Source of the DNA: a bacterium
Lineage (GTDB): Bacteria > SAR324 > NAC60-12
NCBI GenBank assembly: GCA_965233585.1
Contig: CBDDTI010000394.1
Coordinates: forward strand, 1-12,903
DNA length: 12,903 nucleotides
Reading direction: 5' to 3'
Shown: in pieces, positions 12,549 to 12,903 of the stretch
How the letters are laid out: each line of letters starts with the position of its first letter
Position numbering within the stretch: position 1 is the stretch's first letter
Translations under genes and position numbers: made by a program
The notes under the pieces: generated by a model
The model's database searches: none
What the model was told of the DNA's origin: nothing
Seen by the model: only the letters and a program-made list of their open reading frames with translations

Positions 12549-12766
12549 TTCTATTCATTTCATTCATCTCATTTATTTATTTATTGAGCTCTTCATTTCA
12601 CTCTTTCTTTCTCTCTTTCTTTCTCTCTTTCTGTCTTTCTTTCGTCCTTTCTTTCAGCTTCCTTTCCCCTTTTAGTGGTGTTGGGGGGCTTCATTTGTAA
12701 TCAACATTCGTGAATCGTCTGAAACTCGACTGATTAAATATCGACTTTTGAAGTTATTCTCCGCAG

Positions 12767-12838
12767 AAAATTGAATAATAATCAATTAGAAGACATCTCC
12801 AACGGTACTTTCGACGGACTGGAAGAGCTCGAATGGCT
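12767..12838 (+). CDS. 72-bp leucine-rich-repeat exon (24-aa extracellular 'typical' LRR); gene continues beyond window
   Basis: Acceptor ttattctccgcag, donor GTAAGT, exactly 72 bp, phase 2-2. Encodes (L)KLNNNQLEDISNGTFDGLEELEW(L), matching LxLxxNxLxxIxxxxFxGLxxLxxL. Joins in frame to exon 10120-10258. Confidence 0.93.
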
Positions 12839-12903
12839 GTAAGTTAAGTGCAAACGCATTCAAAACATTAAAGAGTCTTTTAACTCTATCGTGATCATGG
12901 CCC

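Noticed and set aside
12374..12700. 108-aa hydrophobic FTSLH-repeat ORF
   Set aside because: It is a translation of an intronic pentanucleotide microsatellite and CT-rich tract.

Overview
AT-rich eukaryotic (animal) genomic DNA. The repeat styles suggest a cnidarian such as a stony coral, but this is inference only. The left ~5.5 kb is one decayed DNA transposon (98-5511) with 24-bp TIRs, a TTTT target-site duplication (TSD) and an internally deleted Sola2-like transposase relic. It carries two nested insertions: a hairpin-ended element (2864-4133) and a young long-TIR element with a 9-bp TSD (4298-5261). The right half holds the 5' part of a spliced + strand gene missed by the ORF track: signal-peptide exon 6506-6572, LRRNT cap exon 10120-10258 and 72-bp LRR exon 12767-12838. 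Together they read MFDSLAKGVLTCLVLGMVSLIPNVAPGCTSNCTCFESATGLFQIFCARLEIESVPRVLIESMPNTTITLKLNNNQLEDISNGTFDGLEELEWL, and the gene continues beyond the window. Its introns contain a foldback MITE, a second hairpin element, a LINE-like 3' end and microsatellites. The most intriguing signal is that two dissimilar non-coding elements (2864-4133 and 9419-9746) share one architecture: a ~190-bp terminal hairpin with a CGAG-RC-GA(T)A-GY-CGAG apex, and an internal segment that is the exact reverse complement of the joined right+left ends.
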